Positions 18,437-27,944 of a DNA stretch of 54,773 nt are shown in pieces. This stretch comes from Thermoproteota archaeon (lineage in GTDB: Archaea; Korarchaeota; Korarchaeia; Korarchaeales; Korarchaeaceae). The notes beneath the pieces are model-generated. The model was not told where the DNA came from. It did no database searches and worked only from the letters and a program-made list of their open reading frames with translations. The stretch's first letter is position 1. Every line of letters begins with the position of its first letter. The translations under genes and the position numbers were made by a program. The DNA lies in the NCBI GenBank assembly GCA_027491435.1, contig JAOZFG010000012.1, positions 1-54,773 of the forward strand, written 5' to 3'.

Positions 18437-19087
18437 TTGATCGACCCAAACGACCTCCTTTTTTTACTTCAAGGGGTACCCGCCACTCTCGCTATTTCTT
18501 TTCTGTCATTCGGGATAGGCTTCGCCCTGGGGATACCAATCGCTGTGGCTAGGCAGATGTCCCCTTCGCTCTCCTACCTCATGGAGGCCTATGAGAAGGC
18601 GTTCAGGGGCATCCCGGTGCTGGTCTTCATGCTCCTGTTCTACTTCGGGCTAGGAGGGTTCGTGCCCTTCCTAAAGGACCCCTTCACCTGCGCAGTTGTC
18701 GCTTTAGGACTTAGAAGCGGGGCTTTTCAGTCTCAGATATTCAGGGGTGCGATAAACAGCGTAGACAAGCAGCAGATGATGGCCGCCCTTTCCCTGGGGA
18801 TGACTAAGACAGAGGCATTCAGGTACGTTATACTGCCCCAGGCCTTCATAGTCGCCCTCCCAGGGCTGGGAAGCGAGATATCCCTGTTGATAAAGGATTC
18901 GTCCTACGCATTCATTCTAGGCGTCCTAGAGCTTACGAAGCACGCTGACATACTAAGGAAGGCCTCTAGATCCTTCGTTTTTCCCTACTTGATGGCCGCC
19001 GTTCTCTACATACTGATGACCTTCCCGATAGCCAACTACCTGGACAAGTGGGGCTCCAGGCTGAAGACCAAGTACGGGTTGAGGTGA
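18437..19087 (+). CDS. Polar amino acid ABC permease
   Basis: FRGIP.LV, FRGAI.SV...Q..AA.SLG, ILPQA and LIKDSS. Confidence 0.92.
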   Translation: MIDPNDLLFLLQGVPATLAISFLSFGIGFALGIPIAVARQMSPSLSYLMEAYEKAFRGIPVLVFMLLFYFGLGGFVPFLKDPFTCAVVALGLRSGAFQSQIFRGAINSVDKQQMMAALSLGMTKTEAFRYVILPQAFIVALPGLGSEISLLIKDSSYAFILGVLELTKHADILRKASRSFVFPYLMAAVLYILMTFPIANYLDKWGSRLKTKYGLR

Positions 19088-19091
19088 TCTT

Positions 19092-19829
19092 ATGGAGGTT
19101 CTGGCCTGTAAGGGTTTGAGGAAGGTTTACGGGGACCTAGAGGTCCTGAAGGGGATAGACTTCTCAATAAATAAGGGGGAGACCAAGGTCATAATAGGGC
19201 CTAGCGGCTCGGGTAAGTCCACCTTCCTAAGGATAATGGGGCTTCTGGAACCCCCTACCGAGGGCAAAGTCTTCTTCGAGGGAAAGGACGTTTACGGGGA
19301 GAACCTAAACCTAAACATGATCAGGGCCAAGATAGGCTTCGTCTTCCAGGATCCGAGCTTATTCAGACACCTAACTGCCTTGGAGAACGTGAAGTTAGGT
19401 TTGAAAGTTGTTTTGAAGATGAGTGACGAGGAGGCCACTAAAAAGGCAATGGAGACCCTCAAACTGGTCAGGATGGATGAGTGGGCTGACTACTACCCAG
19501 CCCAGCTCTCGGGAGGGCAGCAACAGAGGGTGGGCATAGCCAGGGCCCTTGCCATGGACCCGGACATAATCCTGTTCGACGAGCCAACTGCATCTCTGGA
19601 CATAGAGCTCACATGGGAGGTGATAGACGTAATGAAGGATCTAGCCAGGAGGGGCATAACCATGTTGGTGGTCACCCACGAGATAGGCTTCGCCAAGGAG
19701 GTGGCTGACGAGATAGTACTTATGGACTCAGGGAGGATAGTTGAGAGCGGGCCTCCGGAGCAGATGCTCAAGAGCCCGAAGACTGAAAGGGCGAGGGAGT
19801 TCCTGGGCAGGCTTTTGGGCGGTGTCTGA
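19092..19829 (+). CDS. Polar amino acid ABC ATPase (GlnQ-like)
   Basis: GPSGSGKST, LSGGQQQRVGIARAL, LFDEPT and VTHE.GFA.EVAD. Confidence 0.95.
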   Translation: MEVLACKGLRKVYGDLEVLKGIDFSINKGETKVIIGPSGSGKSTFLRIMGLLEPPTEGKVFFEGKDVYGENLNLNMIRAKIGFVFQDPSLFRHLTALENVKLGLKVVLKMSDEEATKKAMETLKLVRMDEWADYYPAQLSGGQQQRVGIARALAMDPDIILFDEPTASLDIELTWEVIDVMKDLARRGITMLVVTHEIGFAKEVADEIVLMDSGRIVESGPPEQMLKSPKTERAREFLGRLLGGV

Positions 19830-20498
19830 ATGTACTTCATATTAGAGTACAGCCAGTTCATAATTGAGGGCTTCTACGTCACGGTCACTATGACTTTAGT
19901 GGGCTTAGCTGGAGGAGTGGTCTTAGGCGTTCTCTCAGCCTTGGGGGACGTCTACGGTGGGAAGCTGCTGAAGATCATAATAAACTCGTACGTGGAGTTC
20001 TTCAGGGGTAGCCCCCTGATAGTGCAGCTGCTGATCTTCTACTATTCGATACCAGCCATTACAGGGGTGAAGTGGGACGCCCTGACCGCCGGCTCATTGA
20101 CCCTTATGTTGAACAGCGGCGCCTACCAAAAAGGTTACTTCAAGGGGGCGATAGAAGCCGTGTTTAAGGACCAGTTGATAGCTGCCAAGTCACTGGGAAT
20201 GACCTTCCCCCAGACCTTAAGGCATGTGGTGCTCCCTCAAGCCTTGAGGATTGTCATACCCCCTTGGACCAACGAATACGTCTCTCTAGGCCTCAGCACA
20301 TCAGCTCTCATAGTAATCGGGATAAGAGAGCTCACCAACGTCGCCGTCAGCATCTCAGCTCAGACCTTCAGGCCCCTAGAAGTTTACCTGTTCATAGGCC
20401 TCATCTACTTTGTCTGGATAACCCTATCGTTGAAGGTGCTGGACTGGGTCTACAACAAGGTGAAGATACCCGGCCTAGCCGTCAGCGAGGTCATGTGA
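19830..20498 (+). CDS. Polar amino acid ABC permease
   Basis: YVEFFRGSPLIVQL, Q..AA.SLG and VLPQALR..IPP. Confidence 0.92.
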   Translation: MYFILEYSQFIIEGFYVTVTMTLVGLAGGVVLGVLSALGDVYGGKLLKIIINSYVEFFRGSPLIVQLLIFYYSIPAITGVKWDALTAGSLTLMLNSGAYQKGYFKGAIEAVFKDQLIAAKSLGMTFPQTLRHVVLPQALRIVIPPWTNEYVSLGLSTSALIVIGIRELTNVAVSISAQTFRPLEVYLFIGLIYFVWITLSLKVLDWVYNKVKIPGLAVSEVM

Positions 20499-20512
20499 TC
20501 CCCAACTTTTTT
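20499..20512 (+). terminator. Pyrimidine/oligo-T archaeal terminator
   Basis: TCCCAACTTTTTT directly after the stop; a similar CCAACTTTTTT follows the DUF438 gene on the minus strand. Confidence 0.5.
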
Positions 20513-20606
20513 ATGAGGAGGGCTTCCCTTATTAGGGGAGCGTCCCTCCATGCTCCTTATATTAAACCCCTTCACACTCCTGAGGAAGTTTGCTAGGTGC
20601 AGGGGA

Positions 20607-21266
20607 ATGCTACAGAGGGAATGTGAGGAGTACAGGCTGCTGGGAGAGATAGAGAAGGCCGTGGAAGAGGCGATAGAGTATGCGATTAGGAGGATGAGGG
20701 CTGCCAATTACAGGATAAGCGAGGCCGACGTTCCAAAGCTCTACTATAAGTGCATGAAGATTCTCACAACCGGTTTTGATGAAGAGGCGCTCATGTCCAA
20801 GGAGTACTTAACATACCTGGAGTTCTACAAGTTCTTCAAGAAGAGGGTGGAGGAGAGGGTCTGGCCTCTTATCTGGAAGCTGTTTGAGATTAGAGGTGTT
20901 AGAGTCAGGAGGATAATAATAGCTGACAGGATGGGCGGCGAGGGGATAACTGAGAGTAGGGCCTACATGGGCAGGGACATAGACTGCATGGTGGTCGTGG
21001 ACAGCCGGGACTTGAAGAAGGCCAAGGAGGAGGCGATAAGGATTGAGGAGATGGTAAATCAGACCGTAGGCAATAAGCTGCAGAAGATACTGATAGATAA
21101 CGGTAAGGCTAACGAGAAGGAGCTTAAGAAGTGCAAATTTTACGACTTATTTGAGATAGAGGTCTTCGACGACGAGGAAAAGGCCAGGAAGTGGGGCTCC
21201 ATACTAGAGCTCTCCAGAAAGGACTTCCTAAGGGAGATAGCTAAGAAAACCCTCTTATTCCACTAA
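20607..21266 (+). CDS. Hypothetical protein with Pol-beta-type nucleotidyltransferase-like C-terminal domain
   Basis: VRRIIIAD...RDIDCMVVVD (DxD) and LFEIEVF (third carboxylate); canonical GS absent; track start 20550. Confidence 0.5.
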   Translation: MLQRECEEYRLLGEIEKAVEEAIEYAIRRMRAANYRISEADVPKLYYKCMKILTTGFDEEALMSKEYLTYLEFYKFFKKRVEERVWPLIWKLFEIRGVRVRRIIIADRMGGEGITESRAYMGRDIDCMVVVDSRDLKKAKEEAIRIEEMVNQTVGNKLQKILIDNGKANEKELKKCKFYDLFEIEVFDDEEKARKWGSILELSRKDFLREIAKKTLLFH

Positions 21267-21827
21267 CTTTATCGGTTGAGCCTTAAGCTCCCCTAGATCC
21301 ACTAGAACAGCTCTCCTCCTGTATGCTGGTCCGGGATTTACAATGAGCGTCTCCCCTAGCTTGGAAATCGTAGGGCTCTCGTGTATGTGCCCGCAGAAGC
21401 ATGCCACGGGCCTCATGTCCTCTATCACTTTCCTGACCACGTAGCTCCCCACGTGTCTCCCCGAGTAGGCCACGTCAGCGTCGCTGTCCTTAGGAGGGTA
21501 GTGGGTTAGCAGGACCCACCTTTCCTCGACGCGGGCATTAGGCAACTCCTCGCTCACGGACATGCCTACGAAAGTGAACTCTTTAACTTGGGCTACCCTG
21601 CCGTCTAGCAGTATGCCCCTTCTTCTGGCCTCTTTTATCACAGAGGAGTCGTCCATGTTTCCAGAGACGTAAAAGGACCTGTAGGAGGCTATCTCCTTTA
21701 TGACAGCTGGGCTACAAGCATCTCCAGTGACTACCAGTAAATCAGCGTTGTGGAGCTCAGCTGACCTCACCAGGAGCCTTGCGGCCCCGACGTCTGAGTG
21801 CACGTCAGACGCCACCAGCACCAGCAT
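21255..21827 (-). CDS. Calcineurin-like metallophosphoesterase
   Basis: SDVH, TGD, GNMD, THYPP, CGHIHE and NPG motifs. Confidence 0.92.
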   Translation of the reverse strand: MLVLVASDVHSDVGAARLLVRSAELHNADLLVVTGDACSPAVIKEIASYRSFYVSGNMDDSSVIKEARRRGILLDGRVAQVKEFTFVGMSVSEELPNARVEERWVLLTHYPPKDSDADVAYSGRHVGSYVVRKVIEDMRPVACFCGHIHESPTISKLGETLIVNPGPAYRRRAVLVDLGELKAQPIKLVE

Positions 21828-21869
21828 GCTTCCCCTAATTTTATATTTTGATCTAAAAAAGTTTCCTCA

Positions 21870-22919
21870 ATGGGCGATGGGGAAAACGTTACACCAAATG
21901 TAGACAACTTCGGCTTAATAGTTAAAAAAATTGATGAAGAGCCCGTTGGAGCTGACGACATAACCCCCGATCCCCTGAAGGAGCTTTCAAACAGGCTTAA
22001 GGAGATGAGGGTCAAGATAAGCGTGAGGGTCCTTAGAAAGGGAGCGACTAGGTACTACCCCTTCTTAGGCAGGTCGGTCACAGAGGGACCTGAAGATACC
22101 CTGTATATGATTAGGGAGGGTTACTTCGTTTACGGGGACGCCAAGGCTAAGATTCCCGACGGAATAGTGCCCGTTGACTTAGCAGCGATAAGCTTGGAGA
22201 TCTACTCCAACCCTATGGAGGCCCTATCTGGCGACATGGAGCTATTCTCAAGTGTTACGTTCACACATCCCCTTCTCTGGTCCTCCCCACACCTAATGGG
22301 CACGGAGTTCTCCAAGAAGTTCTCGCATCTTTCTAGGTCCTTGAGCCTGCTGGAGAGGTACAGGGGGTTTATTAGGTCCTTGACACTCTTGGTAAGCGTC
22401 GAACAGGTTCCCGTCATGATGAGGGCCTCGAGGCTCCTGGCCTCCATGGGAGTCGATCCGCCAGTCACCAGGTCCGACTTCCTCCTCTTGGTTGAGCTCA
22501 ACCCAATGGAAGCCAAGGCCATTAAGGCGTTAGCTGCCAAGAAGGCCCTGGACCTTAACATGCTCAGCCCGAATGAGGCTGCCGTCATGTTGATCAAGCT
22601 GCTCAAGGTGCCAGATCCTGAAGGTTACAAGAGGAGGAGGTTGCAGAGGTCTTTCAACAGGAGGAAGGAGAGAGTGGGGCTTACCCTGATGGAGATGTCC
22701 ACCCTTTTCGAGGTTGATAGGGTCTACCTCTGGAGGAAGGTTCTTCCCGTGATGGTGGTCAAGGGACTGGCCTTCAGGTGGACCTTCAAGAGGGGGAGCA
22801 GGGACGTGATAGTTTATGAGGCCAACTCCACGATTCCATTCATCGCCGACCTGGTAGCTGGGTACGAGGTGGAGCTCGCGCTCCACAGGAGAGGGTTGAT
22901 GAAGATAACCGAGCTCTAG
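21870..22919 (+). CDS. Hypothetical protein, possible C-terminal winged helix
   Basis: 349-aa ORF with host codon usage; GLTL.EMS..FEVDR..LW...L..MV.KGL + beta-hairpin resembles a wHTH. Confidence 0.6.
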   Translation: MGDGENVTPNVDNFGLIVKKIDEEPVGADDITPDPLKELSNRLKEMRVKISVRVLRKGATRYYPFLGRSVTEGPEDTLYMIREGYFVYGDAKAKIPDGIVPVDLAAISLEIYSNPMEALSGDMELFSSVTFTHPLLWSSPHLMGTEFSKKFSHLSRSLSLLERYRGFIRSLTLLVSVEQVPVMMRASRLLASMGVDPPVTRSDFLLLVELNPMEAKAIKALAAKKALDLNMLSPNEAAVMLIKLLKVPDPEGYKRRRLQRSFNRRKERVGLTLMEMSTLFEVDRVYLWRKVLPVMVVKGLAFRWTFKRGSRDVIVYEANSTIPFIADLVAGYEVELALHRRGLMKITEL

Positions 22920-23980
22920 AGCTTTATCGCCATGGTCAGCTCTGGCTTAACGTAGACCCTTAACTTCTTGCCAGAAGGGACGTCTAGGTCCGGGTCAACC
23001 TCCACCAAGAATTTCTCGCCCTTGTAGTAGCCCTGAAGGAGTTGGGAGTTGCCCAAGAAGGAGGTGTGGAAGACCTCCACCTCGAACTCGTTGTACTCGC
23101 CTTCTGGCTCGCTTAATGTGAAGGACTCCGGCCTTATCATAACTAGGACCCTTTCTCCTGGATTAAAGGTAATCCCTGGCTTTGAGGGCCTGGCTTTCAC
23201 CTCCAGATCAACGTCAAGCTTGACTAGCAGGTATTCGTTCACCTCCTCCACCGTACCAGGTAAGAAGGTGCCCTGCCCTATGAACCTGGCCACGAACTCG
23301 TTCTCTGGGCTCTTGTACACCTCCCTGGGGGTGCCCACCTGCATCACCCTGCCCCTGTTCATCACGGCCATCCTGTCGGAGATGCTCATCGCCTCCTCCT
23401 GATCGTGGGTCACGTATATTGTAGTAATGTTCAGCTCCTTCTGAATCCTCCTGAGCTCAGCTCTCATCTCTATCCTCAACTTGGCGTCTAGGTTGCTGAG
23501 GGGCTCGTCAAACAGGAGAACCCTTGGGTTCAGCACTATGGCCCTTGCTAAGGCTACCCTCTGTTGCTGTCCACCCGAGAGCTGGTGAGGGGTCCTTTTC
23601 TCAAGCCCCTCAAGCTTGACAAGCTTAAGGACCTCCTTAACCCTTCTGTCTATCTCCTGCTTGGAAAGCTTCCTTATTTTAAGGCCGTAGGCTATGTTCT
23701 CGTACACGTTCATGTGAGGCCACAAGGCGTAGTTCTGGAAGACCATACCCGTGTCCCTCTTGTGAGGTGGTAGCTCGGTCACGTCCTGGTCGTCGAAGAG
23801 AATTCTACCCTCATCTGGAAGTTCAAGGCCGGCTATGGTCCTGAGGAAGGTCGTCTTCCCGCAGCCAGATGGTCCTAAGAGGGTAAAGAATTCCCCCTCC
23901 TTTATCTTGAGGTTGACTTTATTCACGGCCACAACGTTCCCGAACCTCTTAACCAAGTTTTCAACGGTTATGCTGACCAT
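22916..23980 (-). CDS. ABC ATPase of Fe3+/thiamine/polyamine type (COG3842) with TOBE domain
   Basis: GPSGCGKTT, VFQNYALWPHM, LSGGQQQR, DEPLSNLDAKLR and VTHDQEEA. Confidence 0.95.
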   Translation of the reverse strand: MVSITVENLVKRFGNVVAVNKVNLKIKEGEFFTLLGPSGCGKTTFLRTIAGLELPDEGRILFDDQDVTELPPHKRDTGMVFQNYALWPHMNVYENIAYGLKIRKLSKQEIDRRVKEVLKLVKLEGLEKRTPHQLSGGQQQRVALARAIVLNPRVLLFDEPLSNLDAKLRIEMRAELRRIQKELNITTIYVTHDQEEAMSISDRMAVMNRGRVMQVGTPREVYKSPENEFVARFIGQGTFLPGTVEEVNEYLLVKLDVDLEVKARPSKPGITFNPGERVLVMIRPESFTLSEPEGEYNEFEVEVFHTSFLGNSQLLQGYYKGEKFLVEVDPDLDVPSGKKLRVYVKPELTMAIKL

Positions 23981-23990
23981 GAAAACCACC

Positions 23991-25853
23991 TCACAGGCTT
24001 ATCAGGGCCGTGGCCCTCTTTCTGAGTATGAGGTTGGCCCCCACTATGAACAGGAACTGGAGGCTCATCAGGATGAACCCCATAGCCGCTGGCTGGAAGG
24101 TCCCGCCCGTCAGCCCGTGGAACAGCATGTCATACATCTTCCAGGTCATGGGGGCGTCTGCGTGATTTGCGTCTCCCACCACTATACTGGTGCTTACCTC
24201 GGACATGGAGTAGATAAACGAGAGCATTCCGCCCGCTATTATGTTCAGAAGGATCAAGGGCATTATTATCCCGAAGAAGGTCCTGGTCTTGCTGGCCCCA
24301 ACGGTCCAAGCTACTTCGTCCAGGGTCTTGTCCGTTTGCTCTAATCCGGAGAAGACGGCCCTTACCGTGAAGGGTATCTTTCTGACGGTGTAGGAGGCTA
24401 TAAGCAAGGGGGCTCCGCTTATGGTAGGGGACAAGGGAGTCCCCAGGTAAGTGAGGAAGAGGCCCGTCGCCACGGCTATGCCTGGAACTGCTATGGGTAA
24501 AGTGACCAGAAGGTCCAAAGCCTCCATTCCGGGGAGCCCCTTCTTCCTTGAGACCAGGTAGGCCGCGCTCACTCCCAACACTACCATGAAAGCTGTGGCT
24601 ATTGATGAGTAGACGACGCTATTCAATATACTTCTTCTAGCCTCCTCCCCGGATAGGACGGCCAGGAAGTTGTTCAGGGTGAACTCCTCAGGTATTATGG
24701 TGGGCCCCCACTCCTTGGCGAAGGCCAGCAGGGTAACCCCTATGTGGGGCAGAGTGGCGAAGAACAACACCGTTATGGTGAAGGCGTAAACCAGGATAGT
24801 GACCTTCATGGAGAGCTTCCTCCTCCTGGGCCTCCAGATCCCTCCCTTGCCTAGCATGGCGTACCTCTTGAGGCTTACGTACTTCCTGATGGAGATGAAG
24901 ACCAGCGACGATATTACCAGGAGTATTAAGGCCAGAGTTGTGGCCTCCTCAGATATTAGCCCTGCCGGCGTGAACATCTTGCTGAATATCTGAAAGGTCA
25001 GCACCTTCTCCGCTGTCGTCCCCTTGAAGACTATGGGCGTTCCTAGATCCTCCAAAGCCAATATGAAGACTAGAAGGGCCCCCGCCTCTATCCCAGGGGT
25101 AGCCAGGGGCAGGGTTATGGTCCTGAAAAGCTTGAAGCCGGAGGCCCCCACGTTCATGGCCTGCTCCTCAAGCGAGGGGTCTATGCTTATCAGCGCCGTG
25201 TAGGCGTTTATCATTACTATAGGGTAGAAGAGGAGGGTCTGCACGATTATCACCGCTGGCAAACCAGTTATCTCGATCTTGAAGGGGAGTAAGCCCAACA
25301 CGTCGTGAAAGAGTATGTTAAGGACCCCGTCGGCCACTATCATCTTCTTTAGGCCTATAGCCCCTACGAAGGGGGTGGAGAGGAGAGGTATCATGGACAG
25401 CACCCTCAGAGCCTCCGAGCCCGGGAACCTATACTTGGCGAAGATGAAGGCCAGAGTGAATCCCAGGGCCGTGCTAAGAGCCGTGGTGGATGCGGCCACC
25501 ACCAAGGAGTTCACGAGGACGCCGAAGTCCCATCCCTTGAGGTAGATTATCTTAACTAGCTTCCCGCTCGGGTCAGTGTACTCTATGACGTCGAAGAGGT
25601 TCCCCCTTATCCCCTCGATCCAAACGAAGGGAAAATGTTGCGAGAACTTAAGCCTTAATGGAAAGTAGTAGGGGTCTGAGAGGATTGAAGTGAACCATTT
25701 AAGGGAGAATCCCTCAGAGGTGTAGAAGGACCTGACGACTATCATCGAGAGGGGAACTATCATGAAGGCAGCGAAGGTCACCAGCACTATAGTAAGCTGG
25801 ATTACCGTCAGAGCGTCGACTTCCCACTTAATTTTCCTCCACAGGGATCCCAT
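23991..25853 (-). CDS. Fused double-domain ABC permease, FbpB/ThiP-like (COG1178)
   Basis: Two EAA-like loops (IDPSLEEQA..VGA and DKTLDEVA..VGA); own TTTTTATA box at ~25887-25895. Confidence 0.92.
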   Translation of the reverse strand: MGSLWRKIKWEVDALTVIQLTIVLVTFAAFMIVPLSMIVVRSFYTSEGFSLKWFTSILSDPYYFPLRLKFSQHFPFVWIEGIRGNLFDVIEYTDPSGKLVKIIYLKGWDFGVLVNSLVVAASTTALSTALGFTLAFIFAKYRFPGSEALRVLSMIPLLSTPFVGAIGLKKMIVADGVLNILFHDVLGLLPFKIEITGLPAVIIVQTLLFYPIVMINAYTALISIDPSLEEQAMNVGASGFKLFRTITLPLATPGIEAGALLVFILALEDLGTPIVFKGTTAEKVLTFQIFSKMFTPAGLISEEATTLALILLVISSLVFISIRKYVSLKRYAMLGKGGIWRPRRRKLSMKVTILVYAFTITVLFFATLPHIGVTLLAFAKEWGPTIIPEEFTLNNFLAVLSGEEARRSILNSVVYSSIATAFMVVLGVSAAYLVSRKKGLPGMEALDLLVTLPIAVPGIAVATGLFLTYLGTPLSPTISGAPLLIASYTVRKIPFTVRAVFSGLEQTDKTLDEVAWTVGASKTRTFFGIIMPLILLNIIAGGMLSFIYSMSEVSTSIVVGDANHADAPMTWKMYDMLFHGLTGGTFQPAAMGFILMSLQFLFIVGANLILRKRATALISL

Positions 25854-25981
25854 CTAGGGGCGCCACCCATGTGACTGGGGCCAAGATATAAAAAAGGTGT
25901 TAGTGGGCGTCAACCCCTCAGCAGGTCGGCCGCCTGCTATTACTAGAATCGCTTTTATACAAGTAGTGGATTTACTATACG

Positions 25982-26209
25982 ATGGCCAGGGTCAAGGTGA
26001 CCAGGAACTACCAAGTTACGATACCCGCTGAGGTGAGGGATAACCTGGGAATAAAGGAGGGAGATTACCTGGAAGTCTACGTCAGCGAGGAAGGGTACAT
26101 CATCATGAAGAAGGTCAAGAGAACCAGGAGAACCCTAAAGTCAGGCCGAAAGCTCACGGTGGATGAGATAGATGAGATAATAGAGAAGGGAAGGAGGGAA
26201 ACCTTTTGA
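25982..26209 (+). CDS. vapB: AbrB/MazE-type antitoxin
   Basis: KVTRNYQVTIPAEVR..LGIKEGD.LEV; overlaps the PIN gene. Confidence 0.9.
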   Translation: MARVKVTRNYQVTIPAEVRDNLGIKEGDYLEVYVSEEGYIIMKKVKRTRRTLKSGRKLTVDEIDEIIEKGRRETF

Positions 26210-26607
26210 GGGCGGTGGTGGACACTAACGTGCTGATCTACGACACTTACGAGGACTCCGTCCACCACAGCGAGGCGTCCCAGCTGCTCGACAGCTTAGA
26301 TGAGTGGGTCATCCCTATGGTGGTCATTTACGAGTACATCTGGTTCCTTAAGGGGATGGGGGTGGACCCCAAAACAGCCCTGGAGAAGATTGAGGACTAC
26401 GTCCTCTCGGAGAAGGGTAGGACCTACAAGGAGGACGATCTGCTGGTGAGGAGGGCCTTAACTTCACTTTCCCAGCAGGGGTTGTCCCTCAGCAGGTTTA
26501 ACGACGAAGTGGTCATAGGGGTGGCCGCTGAGGAGGGCATTCCCCTGGCCACATTTGACAGGAGGATGAGGTCGAGGGCCAAGAGGCTAGGGGTAAAGGT
26601 GTTGTAA
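26206..26607 (+). CDS. vapC: PIN-domain toxin
   Basis: VVDTNVL, conserved E, ND and LATFD acidic tetrad. Confidence 0.92.
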   Translation: MRAVVDTNVLIYDTYEDSVHHSEASQLLDSLDEWVIPMVVIYEYIWFLKGMGVDPKTALEKIEDYVLSEKGRTYKEDDLLVRRALTSLSQQGLSLSRFNDEVVIGVAAEEGIPLATFDRRMRSRAKRLGVKVL

Positions 26608-26992
26608 ACTACCTGAAGCGCTGTCACTTAAAGCACTTTTCATCACAGTACACCGCTACCCTTCTTGAGTAACGTGATAATGTGACTTAGTGAACTGAAG
26701 CCCTGCTAGTTATAGCAGCTTTCGTTTAAATAGACTAAGCCTATCTGTCTCATGACTGTAGCTCTCGCCCCTGACCTGATCACATGATTGACTAGGTGGC
26801 TTCGTGCTCTGTACCATCTCTCTATATTACTTCCCCGCTGCCTCTTAGCTTCTCCTACTGAGGCGAAGTAGCTGACAAATAGTGCCCGAAAAAGAACATA
26901 TGGCTGTGATGAGACGCTCCCTGCTGAGCTAAAGGTCCCTTTCAGTTCCTACGACGTTAAAGCACGCTTCCATTTGACAGCACCCCAAAAAG

Positions 26993-27940
26993 TTAGTAGA
27001 GGTGACAGGCCACCCAGTGGCCCTTCTCAACCTCTTTAAGCTCGGGCACCTCCTTATCGCAGGGTTCAAACCTGTAGGGACACCTGGGGTGGAACCTGCA
27101 GCCTGGGGGCGGGTTCCTGGGATCTGGTGGTTCACCTGGCATGACCTCCTCTGGGGCCCTAGCATCAGGTGACGGCTCCAGGACGCTGGCCAGCAGCCCC
27201 TTGGTGTAGGGGTGCAGGGGGTTTGAGAAGAGCTCCTGAACGTCGGCTAGCTCCACGATCCTGCCAGCGTACATCACAGCCACCCTGTGGCTCACGTTCC
27301 TAACCACTGCCAGGTCATGGCTTATGAAAAGGTAACTAACCCCTGTCTCCTCCTGCAGGCCCCTCAGCAGGTTAAGGATTTGAGCCTGAACGCTTACGTC
27401 CAACGCTGAAGTGGGCTCATCAAGCACAATGAAGCTTGGCCCCGGGGCCAAGGCCCTGGCTATAGCTATTCTTTGCCTCTGCCCACCAGAGAACTCGTGG
27501 GGATACCTATACATCATGTCTGGAGAGAGGCCCACCCTCTCCAGCAGCTCTGAAACCTTCTCCTCTTTCTCCTTCCTCCCCTTGACTAGGCCGTGTATCT
27601 CCAGGGGCCTGCCCACGACGTCTATGACCCTCATCCTGGGGTTCATGCTGGAGAGAGGGTCCTGGTACACTATCTGCATCTCCTTCCTTAGGGGTCTCAT
27701 GTCCTTCCTCTTGGTTATGTCCTCCCCCTTGAAGAATATGGAGCCTGAAGTTGGCTCTGTAAGCCTTAGAACGGTCTTACCAACGGTGCTCTTGCCGCTT
27801 CCGGACTCCCCGACTAGGCCGAGGGTCTCCCCCTCTGACAGGGTGAAGGAGACCCCGTCCACGGCCCTGACCACCTCTTTCTCCCTGAGAAAGCCCCCCG
27901 ATACGTAGTGCTTCACCAGGTTTTCAACCCTGAGAAGCAT
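26993..27940 (-). CDS. dppF: Peptide ABC ATPase with C-terminal oligo_HPY domain
   Basis: [28 protein letters not shown] and [10 protein letters not shown]; true start MLLRVENL. Confidence 0.93.
   Translation of the reverse strand: MLLRVENLVKHYVSGGFLREKEVVRAVDGVSFTLSEGETLGLVGESGSGKSTVGKTVLRLTEPTSGSIFFKGEDITKRKDMRPLRKEMQIVYQDPLSSMNPRMRVIDVVGRPLEIHGLVKGRKEKEEKVSELLERVGLSPDMMYRYPHEFSGGQRQRIAIARALAPGPSFIVLDEPTSALDVSVQAQILNLLRGLQEETGVSYLFISHDLAVVRNVSHRVAVMYAGRIVELADVQELFSNPLHPYTKGLLASVLEPSPDARAPEEVMPGEPPDPRNPPPGCRFHPRCPYRFEPCDKEVPELKEVEKGHWVACHLY
27005..27119. repeat. 115-bp perfect direct repeat, copy 1 (copy 2 at 27960-28074)
   Basis: Base-by-base identity between the 3' ends of dppF and dppD; a second 56-bp identical block at 27181-27236 and 28127-28182. 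Confidence 0.95.
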
Positions 27941-27944
27941 GGGA

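Noticed and set aside
26620-26930. C/D-box sRNA candidates (GTGATGA...CTGA at ~26906-26927; minus-strand GTGATGA at ~26640-26646)
   Set aside because: No properly spaced complete C-D'-C'-D set found
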